Assembly: GCF_000485595.1 (NCBI RefSeq)
Contig: NW_014577068.1
Coordinates: 1,480,130 to 1,544,129, forward strand
From: Priapulus caudatus
Taxonomy: Eukaryota
Length of the DNA stretch: 64,000 bases
Reading direction: 5' to 3'
A program made the translations under genes and the position numbers. The first letter of the stretch is position 1. Every line of letters starts with the position of its first letter. The notes below the pieces were generated by a model. It did not search any database. It was not told where the DNA came from and saw nothing but the letters and a program-made list of their open reading frames with translations. Below, in pieces: positions 39,576 to 53,336 of the stretch.

Positions 39576-39792
39576 AGGGTCTATGTCTCCCTGGGTACTG
39601 CCGGAACGTACCCTAGGTACGGTCCGGTATACCGGAACGTACCCTGGTAACTATCTGATATGGTTTAGGGTTAGGGTTAGGAGTAGGCGTAGGCGACTCC
39701 CTAGACTCGTTAGTGGAGTAGGCGAGGTACGGTCCGGCATATTAGATAGTACCAGGGTACGTTCCGGCAGTACCCAGGGAGACATAGACCCT
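39576..39792. mobile_element. Short TIR element with internal (TTAGGG)n, no visible TSD
   Basis: Perfect 39-bp TIRs agggtctatgtctccctgggtactg...; ttagggttagggttagg inside. Confidence 0.78.
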
Positions 39793-40705
39793 GGCAGCGT
39801 TAGTGGGAGACACTACTTTCTTGAATTTTCAATGACTTTTAATTTATGGTTTTCCAACCTGGAATGTTTTACAGTGATTAAAATATGCGTATGATAAAAT
39901 ATCAACTGGCTTTTTTTTTGATATTTCGTCAACAGTTCTGTGATCAGGGCGTCTCACGCCGGCTGATGTTTTGTAATTGTTTTATTAGTAAATTTAATGC
40001 CATTAATTCATGTGTTTTATGTGTTTTACAACATTACATATTGTATGTGAGAGGGCATATTTGTACGCATGCATATGCACATATGATAAATTAATTGTTA
40101 AAATTGCAAAATTTAACATTTGTGTTTATAGCTATTTCTGAAGCATTTACTTTGAATATACACTGATCTTGTTGTCTACAATAGTTTTAGTACTGTGTCA
40201 ATGTTTTTAGCTCACCTTGACATTGTCAAGATGAGCTATTGCCATGCGTCGTCGTCCGTCGTACGTCCGTCCGCTCCTTCGTGAACATTTGGCTACGGTT
40301 AACGATAAACTCAGGAACCGTTCGACCACATCTTTGAAATTGGGTATAGTTGTTACTGCTATGGGAGAGGTTTTGAACTTCCTATTTTGGAGCACGCCAG
40401 TCGACGTACTTTCGAAGCCACAGCAATTTTTTGGCAAAAATGGAAATTGTCATTAGTCAGTTCAGGTTCAACGGATTTTGCTCATTTTTGGTATGTGAAT
40501 GAATAAGGGCTGGCCCCAAAACGTATTACAGGGGTTTTGATATAAACAAAAATAATGCAAATTAGGTAGGTTTTGGCAATTATATAGCATATCAGGGGGC
40601 GCTGTACAGGATTTCTATCAGGGGGGGGGGGAGAGTCTAACCGTAACCCAAGCTTCCGAGCACGCGAAGGTGGGGTATAAATTTTGAAATTAGACCACCT
40701 TAGAT

Positions 40706-42365
40706 CAGTGTTACCACTTCTGAAAAATGGGGAAACCCCAGATCGACGCCAAAAAACCCCAGAAAACCCCAGATCTCAAAATAAACGGCCATCAGCGCCC
40801 ACCTATCGCGACATTATATGAATATATTGCCTTTTATTTATCACACAAAACAACAAATATAGGTCTAGATGTTACTAAGTTTTAGTATATAACTTTAAAG
40901 CATGTTAATGCTATGAACACTAGTCAACAATATTAATTAAAATAAAATATAAAAATAATTATTAATAAATATTATAATATATAATATAAAATAAAAATAA
41001 TATTAAATAAATATATATAATAATAAAAATATATAATATATATATTATTATATTTATATATATATTTTTTTCATTTGTAAGGAAAACTTGGTCAGGGAAC
41101 CGACTACTGGACAATAGACAGGGTGATAGACTGGTTGGTTAGGGGGACAATAGACTGGTACCCGTCCTTTCTCACAAGCCTCGATATAGGTCTATATTGA
41201 TAGGGATACAGGCTAACCTGTATGATACAGGCGGTTCCGCTCGCTTCACTACACTTCACCGCCTGTACGCCAAACTGCATGCAGTGCCCCTTCGCACACT
41301 CAGGATAATACACTGCACACAATGCTAGCACTATTTTTAAAGTGGGCGGAGCTCCGGAAATCCAGCAAATGGCAATCCAACGGCCGCGAAGTCGCCGTCG
41401 AACAAAACATTAGAAATTTCTATGATTTGCATGGTTTGTTGGTGGACAAATTTAGATGTTTTAAGCTGAATACGCAAAAATGTATCAAAGACAATGTTCG
41501 AGTATTAGGTATATTGGCAATCATCCCAAAAAATTCATGATAAATGGGATAAAATTTCGTGAACTTAGTTTAGTAAACAGCGTAATGATTTGAATAGTAA
41601 ATGGGCGCACTATTTCGTATCACTATTTTATCAAATTTCTCATAAAATAATGGTTGGCATTTTTAATATCTTTGCAGCTTTTATAAGTACACATCGTATT
41701 TACATAGGACAGGAGTAACAGGCGGTCGCTGTAAAACTTATAGTAAAAAAGCGTAAGAAATTCTTACGGAAATCAGCTTGTGGCAGTGGTAGAATTGAGC
41801 CAGAGCGAGAGCGCCACTGTCGTGGAGTTTGCTGTACCGCTTGCTTCTTCAGCTCGCATCGCGAAACACGAAAATCGCTGCGCCCAATCAGAGAGCTGTA
41901 ACGGGCCAATCAGCCAATCAGCGAGCAGGCTTTTGCCTGACGTCATTTCTCCAGTTATTGCAATTGCCTGATCGATAACGAGGCTTGCGAAACGCCAGGG
42001 TTGAGCTGCGTACAGGCGGGTAGAGTTGTAGTGAAGCGAAACATACCGCCTGCTATCATACAGTTTAGGATACAGCGCCCTATATCGAGCTTGTGAAAGG
42101 GACGGGTACCGGTCTATACAGACAGTACAGACAGGTTAGTATATTGTGACAGGCAATGCCATAGAGCAATGCCAGCGTCTGGTTCTGGTTCCGGTATGAC
42201 TCGCCTTGAGCTCGGCAGGGCGGCCGCGGAACTAAATTATACTCTGCAGAAATTGAACTCCATGTTCTAGAAAAAACCCCAGATTGCAAGTGAAAAACCC
42301 CAGAACCCAGCCATTGAACTGAAAAACCCCAGATCTGGGGTAAAAACCCAGGAGTGGTAACACTG
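40706..42365. mobile_element. CAGTG-TIR element with 7-bp TSD (nested)
   Basis: 13-bp TIR cagtgttaccact, TSD cttagat, aaaacccag subterminal repeats. Confidence 0.78.
41150..42118. mobile_element. MITE with long imperfect TIRs (tagactggtaccc...), innermost nested element
   Basis: About 120-bp imperfect inverted repeats (41150-41270 vs 42005-42118). The interior shares blocks with the reverse complement of 28560-28740. Confidence 0.6.
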
Positions 42366-43243
42366 CTTAGATGCGTTTTCTGCACGAACAGAAACGCCCC
42401 TGCATATTATATAGACACGCAGATAGATAACAAGTCTGTGGTGTCACACTCGTCTGGGTTCGTTTTACAAGATTTCATTGACAATATCTTTAATGCAAAA
42501 TTGGCATTTCCTCTCCACCCTTGCCGATAAAACGTCTATATTAGAGTAAAGTTTTACAAAACATGTCGGAACGCAGCCATAACCTATTATATTCTCGAAC
42601 GCCATCGCTAAGAAACATCAAAGCGGGATATAGTGCCATCTACCGTCACAGAATTGTGATTCATTTTGGTTTATAAATTATTATATGCGATATACAGATG
42701 GCAACCGTGTGCCCCCCCCCCGCTCTACCACCGTGTGCTACCGCCTAGAAAAACTCATACGAAGTAAACACTTCTCATGCAACCAATTATACTCTGACAA
42801 ACAAGTTGTGTTATGGGCAGGGAAACACCATTGTCACGTGGTATGTAGCAGCTTACCGTGGATTAAGCGTATCCTCTCAATCTTACTCGTTACACATCGG
42901 GAGCTCCGCTTTTAGGCAGTGCCTAAATCTGAATATTATAAAAACATTACCGTCTTGCTAGGGTTATTTTTTTTTTTGGGGGGGGGTTGCGATTTTGTAG
43001 TACATATGTTACTAGAAAGTAGTGATTTTATGCTAAGAACAATGAAGAATGAATTAGAAGTTTAATTAATACCTTTGTATAGTACACTAAATACTGTTAA
43101 AAACTGTGGTGGCTAACACTGCCCCCCCCCCACTCGGTGCACTTGTTCCCATTCACTCAGTTGTGAGTTGTGTCCTTTTTTGTGGTGAGCTACAGTGTCA
43201 TTGACATTTACTTTCATTTTAATTATTTCTATATCTAACTCAT

Positions 43244-43662
43244 CAAGAGCTAATAATACCTGTTATTATAGGTATATTATTTTTATATATTAATGCCTGC
43301 TGTTGGGGGCACTATGCTCTCTTAGTGCCCCCAACAACAGGCATTAATGTTTTTAGTGCATCACATGACTATGCAATCTACTTTTCATGCTTATATACCT
43401 TCTTTATACTCCCTAATTTGCCGATGCATTTCGATGTAACAAAACGTTCGACACAAACACAACCGCCGTTCGAAACTCTTGCGTGGCGCCCAGACGCAGG
43501 AGATTCGTGACGTGAACACGCATTGTTATAATAACAATGCGTTCGGCGCAAGCCAATAGTGCCGCTCAGGCCGGCACTATTGCTTCATAGTGCCTGCTGC
43601 GTTATCCAATAGAATTTCAACGATTTATCACGTGATGCACTAATAGGTATTATTAGCTCTTG
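43244..43662. mobile_element. P-element-like MITE
   Basis: TIR caagagctaataatacct with a perfect 7-bp TSD aactcat. Same termini as the 27988 element. Confidence 0.82.
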
Positions 43663-43820
43663 AACTCATGTATATCAGTTTAGTATAGCTCTTTGTACCA
43701 AAACACTGGCTCGTTGATATGCGCAATTCATCAGCAGAATTCTCGGTGTGCATTAAACTCTATTAAACAATTTAGACCTTCCTCGTTTCACGTGAAATGC
43801 GTGAGCAGGGTGACACCAGA

Positions 43821-46800
43821 ATTGTAATCAATGATTTCTTCGAAGAATTCTTATAGGTTTTTTATTGTAGCTGTTTTGGAAATTCAAGCTGTATTGCATC
43901 ATTTGGCGGTGGTCCGGGATGCTGTGAATGACCTAATATCGTTTCTTGAAACAGGCTGAACCAATATTAGCGTAGCAAATGATTATTGCTCATTTATTTG
44001 TGCTAAATTGGCGAGAAACGCCAGTGGCAAGAAGTTTGTCCTTAAAACGTTTTATAATTTATTGGGATTTGTTGTAATGTTTGTTCGCTACTGCGAATTG
44101 TTACAGCGCTTAAACGAAATGATAGAGCAGCGAGCCGGGGTGTGCGACCCACATGAGCACAGAAATAAAGCTCTTACAACTATACGCACTGCGTCCAACC
44201 CATTCATTCTAGCAAATATTAAAGTAAACTGTAGCTTATTTTTCATGTATGTGAAATTCAAATTCTATTATTTATTCACTCCTGAATATAACGTATATCC
44301 GTGCTGGACATGCGTTAAAATGTAGCGTGTGTGCAAGTGAAATGAAAATTCTACATTGATGACACAATAAAAATACGTTATCTGCCTAAATGGGAAAAGC
44401 ATTACGACTAGACCGTATATATTGCTACTTATGCCACATATGTGACGCGATCCAGAGGGTGATTCAGTTGGTCCGGTTCCCAATCCGTTTCAACCGATTC
44501 TTTGTTTGCGTGACCTAATTCACCCGCATGGATGTGCTTTCCTCCATTGCCACCATAATTATCTACCTATACCAGCGAGTGCATATAAACACCTTACGCC
44601 ACATTTTTATACGTAGATATCTATGTTCTGCTACTTGTACACCAGCGTGACCCCTTCTTCTCTACGTCACTCTCCTTATCACACTTTTTATCTTCTTGTT
44701 CCTCCCCTTCATTTTCTATGAACACTTTTCATTAGATGCATGTGCTCTCTACTTTTTAAATGTGTAATTTCGAGGACGTTTCTCGTAGGAGGTATTGGGC
44801 ATGCGCGTGCACAATATACCTTGTACCAGGTAGGCAAGTATGCATAGCATAACCCTATCGCGCTTAGGAAAAGTAATAAAACAAAAAATAAAGTTAAAAT
44901 GAAAAAAAATTATTAAAAAAGTATAAAAAGAATAAAATAGACATTCTGAAGGTCGCACTCTATAAAATTAACTGAATTGTTAATTCTTACCAATTATGAC
45001 ACTAGAGTAGAATATTTTCGTTATATATAAAACTACTCGTAAATATCTCCTCTCAATGTTTAACTTAAATAGATGATGAGCTTTAACAGAAAACGAGCTA
45101 TTATCCAGATCTAGTGCGTATGCGGAGATCAAAGAGAAATACCGGTATAGGGAATTGAGAAAAATCTACACTTTATAAACTGACCTTCTGCATCTCTTGC
45201 ACCTGCCACCTCGTTCATTATCTTATAAGTCCTTTCGCCCGTCCGTTCGTTTAACCCCTTTCCTCTCTCTCCCTCAACATTTTCAGGTGCGTAGCTAAAC
45301 GCATTTTATTCTGGAGTTTCGGGCAAAAAACCAGTTGCGGTTGCTTGTGCTCTGGGAACGTGACGCCCATGACTACGCTAATGTATTACTTATCTCTTGA
45401 TGGGAGGAATTGTCCCCTTGTCATCCCTGCCCCGCTAGCTACGACCCTGCTTAGGGTCCTACTAACCCCTTAGTTCTTTTTCTTCTTCTAGTTCCCTGCT
45501 CGTCCTCGCGCGTCCAGTTCGCCTGTTATCAAACTAATCCGCGTTTCTTCTACCGTTAATCTCCACTTTGATTGTCCTGTTATTATGTATATGATTAATA
45601 TATGGCATAGAAAATATCCCTCTTCAAATCACAATTTCTGGAAACAAATATTTCTTTTTTCGCTCCCTGCAAAGGATGACCATGGAGGCCACACGGAACA
45701 AGCCTGCAAGCGCTACAGTCGTGCCATAATCACTATCTATTTGTAATTCCCACTGAAACGCAAAAACTACTAATAGCTTAATATTAAGCCCTTAGCGCAG
45801 GACCTGCCCGGATTTTTTTGCATTGCTCGTGCTTGCAACTGCAACCGCAAGCACCGGTCGATTATGCCATACGCGTCATGCGCACACATCGCGATTCGAA
45901 GCAATTCTAAGCAATTTATCTTNNNNNNNNNNNNNNNNNNNNNNNNNATTGTAATCAATGATTTCTTCGAAGAATTCTTATAGGTTTTTTATTGTAGCTG
46001 TTTTGGAAATCAAGCTGTATTGCATCATTTGGGGGTGGTCCGGGATGCTGTGAATGACCTAATATCGTTTCTTGAACAGGCTGAACCAATATTACGTAGC
46101 AAATGATTATTGCTCATTTATTTGTGCTAAATGGCGAGAAACGCAGTGGCAAGAAGTTTGTCTTAAAACGTTTTATAATTTATTGGGATTTGTTGTAATG
46201 TTTGTTCGCTACTGGATATTGTTACAGCGCTTAACGAAATGATAGAGCAGGAGCGTGTGCGACCCACCATGAGCACAGAAATAAAGTCTTACAACTATAC
46301 GCACTGGTCAACCCATTCATTCTAGCAAATATTAAAGTAAACTGTAGTTATTTTTCATGTATGTGGAAATTCAAATTCTATTATTATTCACTCCTGATAT
46401 AACGTATATCCGTGCTGCGACATGCGTTATAAAATGTAGGTGTGTGCAAGTGAAATGAAAATTCTACATTGATGACACAATAAAAATACGTTATCTGCCT
46501 AAATGGAAAAGCATTACGACTAGACCGTATATATTGCTACTTATACCACATATGTGACGGATCCAGAGGGTGATTCAGTTGGTCCGGTTCCCAATCCGTT
46601 TCAAACCCGATTCTTTGTTGCGTGACCTATTCACCCGATGGATGTGTTTCCTCCATTTGCCACCATAATATCTACTATACCAGGAGTGCATATAAACACC
46701 TTACGCACATTTTTATACGTAGATATCTATGTTCTGCTACTTAGTACACCAGCGTGCCCCCTTCTTCCTCTACGTCACTCTCCTTATCTTTGTCACTTTC

Positions 46801-47657
46801 ATCTTCTTGTTCCTCCCCTTCATTTTCTATTGAACACTTTTCATTAGATGTGCTCTCTACTTTTTAGCTCATCTGACATAGCTTTTATCAGATAGTGGAT
46901 ATGCGGGATCAAAGAGAATACCGTATAGGGAATTTGAGAAAAATCTGCACTTTATAACTTGACCTTCTGCATCTCTTGCCACCTGCCACCTCGTTCATTT
47001 CTTATAGTCCTTTCGCCCGTCGTCGTTTCAACCCCTTTCCTCTCTCTCCCTCAACTTTTCAGGTGCGTAGCTAACCATTTTATTCTGGAGTCGGGCAAAA
47101 ACCAGTTGCGGGTTGTGTTCTGGGAAGATGACCGCCATTGACCACGTAATGTATCTACTTTCTCTGTGGGAGAATTGTCCCCTTGTCCACTTCCTCCCCC
47201 GCTAGCTACGACCCTGCTGGTCCTACTAACCCCTTGGTTCTTTTTCTTCTTCTAGTCCTGCTCTTCCTCGTCGGTCCATTCGCCTGTTTCAAACTAATCG
47301 CGTTTCTTCACGTTAATCTCCACTTTGATTGCTGTCATATTATGTATATGATTATATATGTCATAGCAAATATCCCTCTTCAAATCACAATTTCTGAGAA
47401 CAATATTCTTTTTTCGCCCTGCCAAGGATGACCATGGAGGCACAGCCACGGAACAAGCCTGCAACGCTACAGTCGTGCCATATCACTATCTATTGTAATT
47501 CCACTGAAACGCAAAAATACATAAAGCTTAATATTAAGCCTAGCGCAGACCTGCGATTTTTGATTGCTCGTCGCTGCAACCTGCAACCGCAAGCGACCGG
47601 TCGATATGCCATCGCGTGTGCGCACACATGCGATTTCGAAGCAATTCTATAGCAATT
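43821..47657. repeat. About 1.7-2.1 kb direct duplication across a 25-N gap (probable assembly artefact)
   Basis: 43821-45918 vs 45948-47657 differ mainly by small indels. Confidence 0.8.
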
Positions 47658-49660
47658 TGGTAGCGATTGGGAGCGACGAACTGAAATGAAATGATGACGA
47701 AATGAAAACAGTTCGATTTCTTGCAACTCGTCGCAAGCGACCAGAATCGCTACAGGTGAAACACCATCAGCATCACTATGTCCTACGACTTCCTACAACC
47801 GCACTCCCGCTATAGTATCGCACATGCTCCGCCTCTGCATGCCATAAACGTATCTTAACTAATATACACATGTTCGTGCCAATACTAATGTACTGCCAGG
47901 TTAACTCCTCACTAAACGATTAAAAATAAACGCAATTAAAAAAATTCATGGCAAGTAAAATCAGTCACGCAACCAATATTAAAAGTAGAAAGTCCGTTCT
48001 GAATTACTGTAGTCAATTTTAATAGTGTTTAATGAAAAGCTTTATTAATTACCAGGTAACACACTACATAGATACGTAGATTTTGCTTCAACACATTCAT
48101 TACGTATGTATTGTATTCATTGTATGAATAAATATAAAAATGAGTTGTATATGTTCATCTTAGATCGGTAACCACTTGATACCATGTAAATTAGCAATAA
48201 ACAATTAGCATACATCCTGAACTCAAATAAAGCTGATATGCTGCACACAGAATAGTGCTACAGAGGATCACCTGCTCAAATTACACCTCTACAACAATGA
48301 CCCTGATTGTAAAGAACAATACTGTCACGTTTTGATATTTTCCACCGCTAGATAAAAATCACTGCCTATACACTGTTTTAGGTTACCATCATACACACGT
48401 ACGTTTTAAAAAATAAATCCGGTCATTTAATTCTATTGTGCATATAACTGTTTCTTTTTCCGATCGACAATTCCTGCAACCTTTTCAGGTAAACACACAG
48501 TTAACATCCATACACAGTAGCATGAGACCTGATAGTCTACATTAGCTCATCTAATATCAAAATGCACATCCGTCTAGTTATACGTTATAGGAATTTACGC
48601 GCGCCAGTCTAGTGCAATACGGTGAAGCCATAATAACGCAAGGGAAGCACTCGACAGCGAGTTCTTTCACGTCTTGGAAGGCTAAAATAATATTGCTGCT
48701 AAGGTTAGCGGCCACTTTCATATTTAGAATTACAGAGTCTGAGCCCGAAACACAATCACTATAGGTAGCTTGCCTCGTACTAATTGTCCAGCCTACGAAT
48801 ATACGTTATTATGCACGTACATAGGTATATCACAACAAAGTACTAATTATTAAATTAAAACACCGACGATCTCTCACATATTACGCAGTATTGTGAATTG
48901 TCATACAAGTATTATAAAATTTCAGGCTTATTTTTACGGCTGACAGCCTGACACCGGATTGTCCTGCGTGTGATAGCAATGAATGACCAGCACATAGTTA
49001 AGGCCTCCGAAAAGTAAAAGTGCCGGTGCTAAACGGGTTATACTTGCGGGTAACATGTAACTCTGGGTGCTTGCAGGATAAACACAGGAACACATACAGC
49101 GAACGTATCTTTGGCCGTAGATAACTTTGGCTTGCATCATCTCTAATCAACAGTCGTAATAATGAGTGATAAAGTTTATACTCGCATCCGGTAAAACCCC
49201 GCAGCAATGGAATACGTCATGCTCACGCTCTGTCGGTAAGTTAATCCGTCACCTGCCTTATAACAAGACAGATTTAGAACAGCTGCAAACTTTACTGAAT
49301 AGTATATCATATTGGAGAAAATAGCACTCTACAACTACCTATAATTCCAATAATAAATTAGTCTGAAACAGAGTGAAACTCACTGTAACTTAATAATTAC
49401 TAATAATTCCAGCATATATGTGCGTCTCTATCTAGACTTGCGACCTAGTTTCTACAATTGCAAAATAGAAAAAGCTTACACAATTATAAGACATAAATAA
49501 AATAGATCACAACAAGATGACTTCTACCGTACTCTCTCCTCGCTACGCTAACATTGCTAAACTATATAGGATGCTGTGCACTAGAAACATTCTAATGGTT
49601 TTCATTTGGAAATTCACCTCCTGTGTCGCAATTCACACGCAGGTCTACGATCGCCCTAAA

Positions 49661-49918
49661 GGGCCGGACACACTAGGCGATTTAATCGGGCAACTTCATC
49701 GCCCGATAATATCGCCCGATTTTACCGCGCGAGTCGAGTGGACACACTAGGCGATTTTATGGGGCGACTTAATCGCCTGATAATATCGCCCGATAATATC
49801 AAAACGGTTTGATCTATGCGATTAAATCGGGCGACTAAATCGGCGGCGACTGACTGGACACACTAGGCGATTTCACCGCGATTTAGTCGCCCAATAAAAT
49901 CGCCTAGTGTGTCCCGCC
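49661..49918. mobile_element. PIF/Harbinger-like MITE
   Basis: TIR ggccggacacactaggcgattt / aaatcgcctagtgtgtcccgcc; internal copies of gacacactaggcgattt. Confidence 0.65.
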
Positions 49919-52790
49919 GGATGCTTCATTTTTGTAATATGAACAGGGAACAATCCCACTACAGCGATGCCTGACCACGCTAACAACACCAGCACCCAAT
50001 ATCAAAATAATCGGTTTATATCAATGCCTACATACATGCACTGCAAAAAAAAGCATACAATTTGCCAGATGTCGGCTAAAGAATGTGAATTATAAATACG
50101 AAAATCTTAGGCTCCTCAATCTTTTTAAATAAAGTTTTAACCTTCAATTTTAACTTCGATGGTCATTCTCAGTGAAACCAATACGAGGTTTTACTCACGG
50201 ATATCATGAAAGAGCCACGACAGCGGCACTTAGCCCTATTCCTGAGGGGAAAAAGTCCACACCAAACCGTATGTATATTCTTCACGTGGCCGCAAAATGC
50301 AGAACTCACGTACCAAAGTACAATAAGTCAGTGTTTCTTAGCTAGCCTTTCGATCAGACCGTGCCATTAAAATTCTCTCTGTCAATCTGACCACAACTAC
50401 GATGCAACTACTTGCAACTACGATGCACACTATATCAACACCTCTATAATATGAACACGATAAACGATAAGTGCACGCCTTTTTGAAATCGTACGCCGCC
50501 TGACACGCCAGCATCATTGCATAGATTCTTAACTTAACTAAATGGAGATGAAATCAAACATTTTTACTTCAAATTATTGACACTTGTCCCAAGGCGAATG
50601 ACTAGTAATCTTTGACGAGGTAAAATTTAAAATGTAAACATCACTACCATTCAATCCAACAATGCTATTAAAAATATTGCCGATTCACCTCATTCATGGT
50701 GTAATTGATTCTCAACCATGTCGAACTACCTTGTATCATCAAATCTGGTGTGTATAACAAGCCAGTGCCAATATGATTGTATATGGTCGCTTTTCCTACT
50801 GAATAATTAATATAGCTATCACCCAAAACATACAGATCACTTATAGCATTGGAATATTCAGAACTTCAGGATTGGTCTTGTTCATCAATAATAACGGTAC
50901 CGCCACTTACATCATGCACGATTAATTGCACAAACATATCAAACATTGTTCTCACCACACTTAAACAAGGGAGGAAGTTGGAGCAACAAATAAATCTACA
51001 AAGGATCACGAGTTTATAATGACTTACAGACGAGTGAATCACCGCTGATCACTGGATGTTTTTACAACCAGCCTGCAGCTCAGTCTATTTCACATCTAAG
51101 TATACATTTGCAATACTCATGTTATATGCAAATATACTCATTCATGTAGCAGTTTAGTCTAGTTCCACTCTGGTTGCAGGCGGACCAGTAAAGCCATGCA
51201 CTGCCATCCCACGATACCATGAAAATATCTATGGAATGAGCGCGCAAGCGCACTACGGGCTTGTTTATGCAATATAAGCAATTTCAACATTTTTCAAAAA
51301 TTGCCACTAGATAGCAGAAAAACGCAGCACACGGTAGCACGAGTCTGGTTTCTATGTACCAAAGGTTACAACATAGTTCCAAATTTTATAATTTAAATAT
51401 GTAACAATGAGACACTATGGAGTAATTAGATATATTTATAATATACATTGTTATATTTTTTATCAATAATTGTACCATTCAACTTAATAACACTAAAGAC
51501 TAGGATCAAGTCACAGTTTCATATATTATTATGCTAGGATGTGAAAATGGTGCGGCATGGGTCTGCTGTGTTTGTGCTACATGATGGATGCTATTTTGAG
51601 AATCATTGAACAAATGAACAAAGATTTTGTCAAGAGTTGCACATTGGTGTTAACTTCCAAAAAATCGGAAATGGCATGGGTGCAGGAATGCACTCCATAG
51701 TGCGCTTGAACGTTCGTTATATAGATATGTTTACGTTAATACACACTCTAAATAATCAGGTAACCAAAGTTACTTAGAGTTTATTGTACACGCAAAATAA
51801 GTGTTACACGTCCAGAAACAATACATGCAAGCATATACATACAAGTATAACCAGCACATATATATTACATACATGTTACAATGAATTTAAGTACAGGCCG
51901 ACCACTGATATTAGCAGGAGTGTATAATACAGATCTATATATGATACACTCCTGATATTATCGCATCCTGGAGACCATGCAGAGCCATACTGCAGCGGCG
52001 GTTTTTGCAGACCATCAGAGGTCTAATAGACAGCTCACGCAACAACTCTCAAGCACCCTTAGCTGCTATAAAACAATGCAGATGTGTCTGTATAAGATAT
52101 CATAATTAAATATTGGAGACATAGTTCTGACTCGGCACACTACAGATGGAGTATGTGCGGTAAAATTGAATCAGTGTAAAACTGCCGGACTAACAATTGC
52201 CGGAAATTTGGCAGTCAACCTGTACATGTATACATAAATTCACGAGGTTATTGAGAATATTATACTACTAAAATGAATAAAACATTAAGTTTAACCCATT
52301 TTGGCAGCCTGAAAACGTGCATTCTTAAAAGGGCACGTTAATAAAGAAATTCAAAAATTGAAATTGCCACAAACATGGATTTTGATGACAAGCTTTAGAA
52401 GATAGCTTTGAAATAGGGCAATTCTAATGGATTGTGAGTGTTATACGTTTAGTAGTGATATATTTGATGTTACTGATGTACTTTTGCTAATTATTTCCAC
52501 ATCTATTAAATTGAACTTTTCCATCATTGTGAACATGAACGCAACTTGTCTCGTATAATAACAATTACAATGAATTGGATAAAGTTTCCCATTACTATTA
52601 CACATCACAATAAACTTCACATTAGCAATCAAGCACATCAGTACAAGGCTATACATCATTACATTCTCTTGTACATCACCCTGCATGAATGTATGAGTGT
52701 GTGTTGTAAATCTTCACAGCTTGCTGTACAACTATCTAGCTGAGTGTTATATATAGTATCCATACGTGTATACATACTATTATACACCCT

Positions 52791-52978
52791 GCTGTACACA
52801 ATCCCTGCTGGATCTACATGTACATAGTATGCTGTACACAATCCCTGCTGGATCTACATGTACATAGTATGCTGTACACAATCCCTGCTGAATCTACATG
52901 TACATAGTATGCTGTACACAATCCCTGCTGGATCTACATGTACATAGTATGCTGTACACTATCCCTGCTGGATCTATA
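52791..52978. repeat. 40-bp minisatellite (about 4.7 copies) downstream of the ACSL stop
   Basis: gctgtacacaatccctgctggatctacatgtacatagtat with period 40. Confidence 0.9.
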
Positions 52979-53198
52979 TTCATATAGCCAGCCATGTTGG
53001 CCAAGGTGGATGTGCATCTCCACAACACCAGAGTGTACAGTGCATGATTATAGAAGCTCATCATAACAGATGTGTTATATTGAGCTTCTGATAATTAGAA
53101 TATGCTGCATACTAACCTAGCATGATGTATCTAAGTACTATTTACTTTACATGACCCCACAATTCTTCACTCTCCTGACACTGTGCAGCGTAACACCA

Positions 53199-53336
53199 TC
53201 ATTCCAAGTTGCTGTACATGGTGTCGATCTGAGGTCTAAAGAATTGAGCCAGTGCAGGACGTTTGCTCTTGAAGGTTGGAGTCAGAAGGTTGTTTTCTAC
53301 AGAGAACAGCTCAGGGTGAAGATATATCTCCTTCAC
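53199..53336 (-). CDS. ACSL1: ACSL terminal coding exon
   Basis: [45 protein letters not shown] then TGA. Confidence 0.93.
   Translation of the reverse strand: MKEIYLHPELFSVENNLLTPTFKSKRPALAQFFRPQIDTMYSNLE

Larger units (their letters stand above)
40593..42402. mobile_element. CAGGGG-TIR element with 5-bp TSD, nested in the HINE
   Basis: cagggggcg...cgcccctg flanked by catat. The empty site is visible in the 4540 copy. Confidence 0.7.
40204..43220 (+). mobile_element. HINE element (4540 family) with nested insertions
   Basis: Collinear with 4540-5662 apart from an insertion at agcatat| (40593-42402). Confidence 0.8.

Noticed and set aside
52791..52978. Pumilio-site array (TGTACATA) in the ACSL 3' UTR
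   Set aside because: The motif lies on the + strand, antisense to the ACSL mRNA.
53142..53201. Stop-codon readthrough extension of ACSL
   Set aside because: The context is TGA TGG rather than TGA CTA, and the 18-codon extension has no targeting motif.
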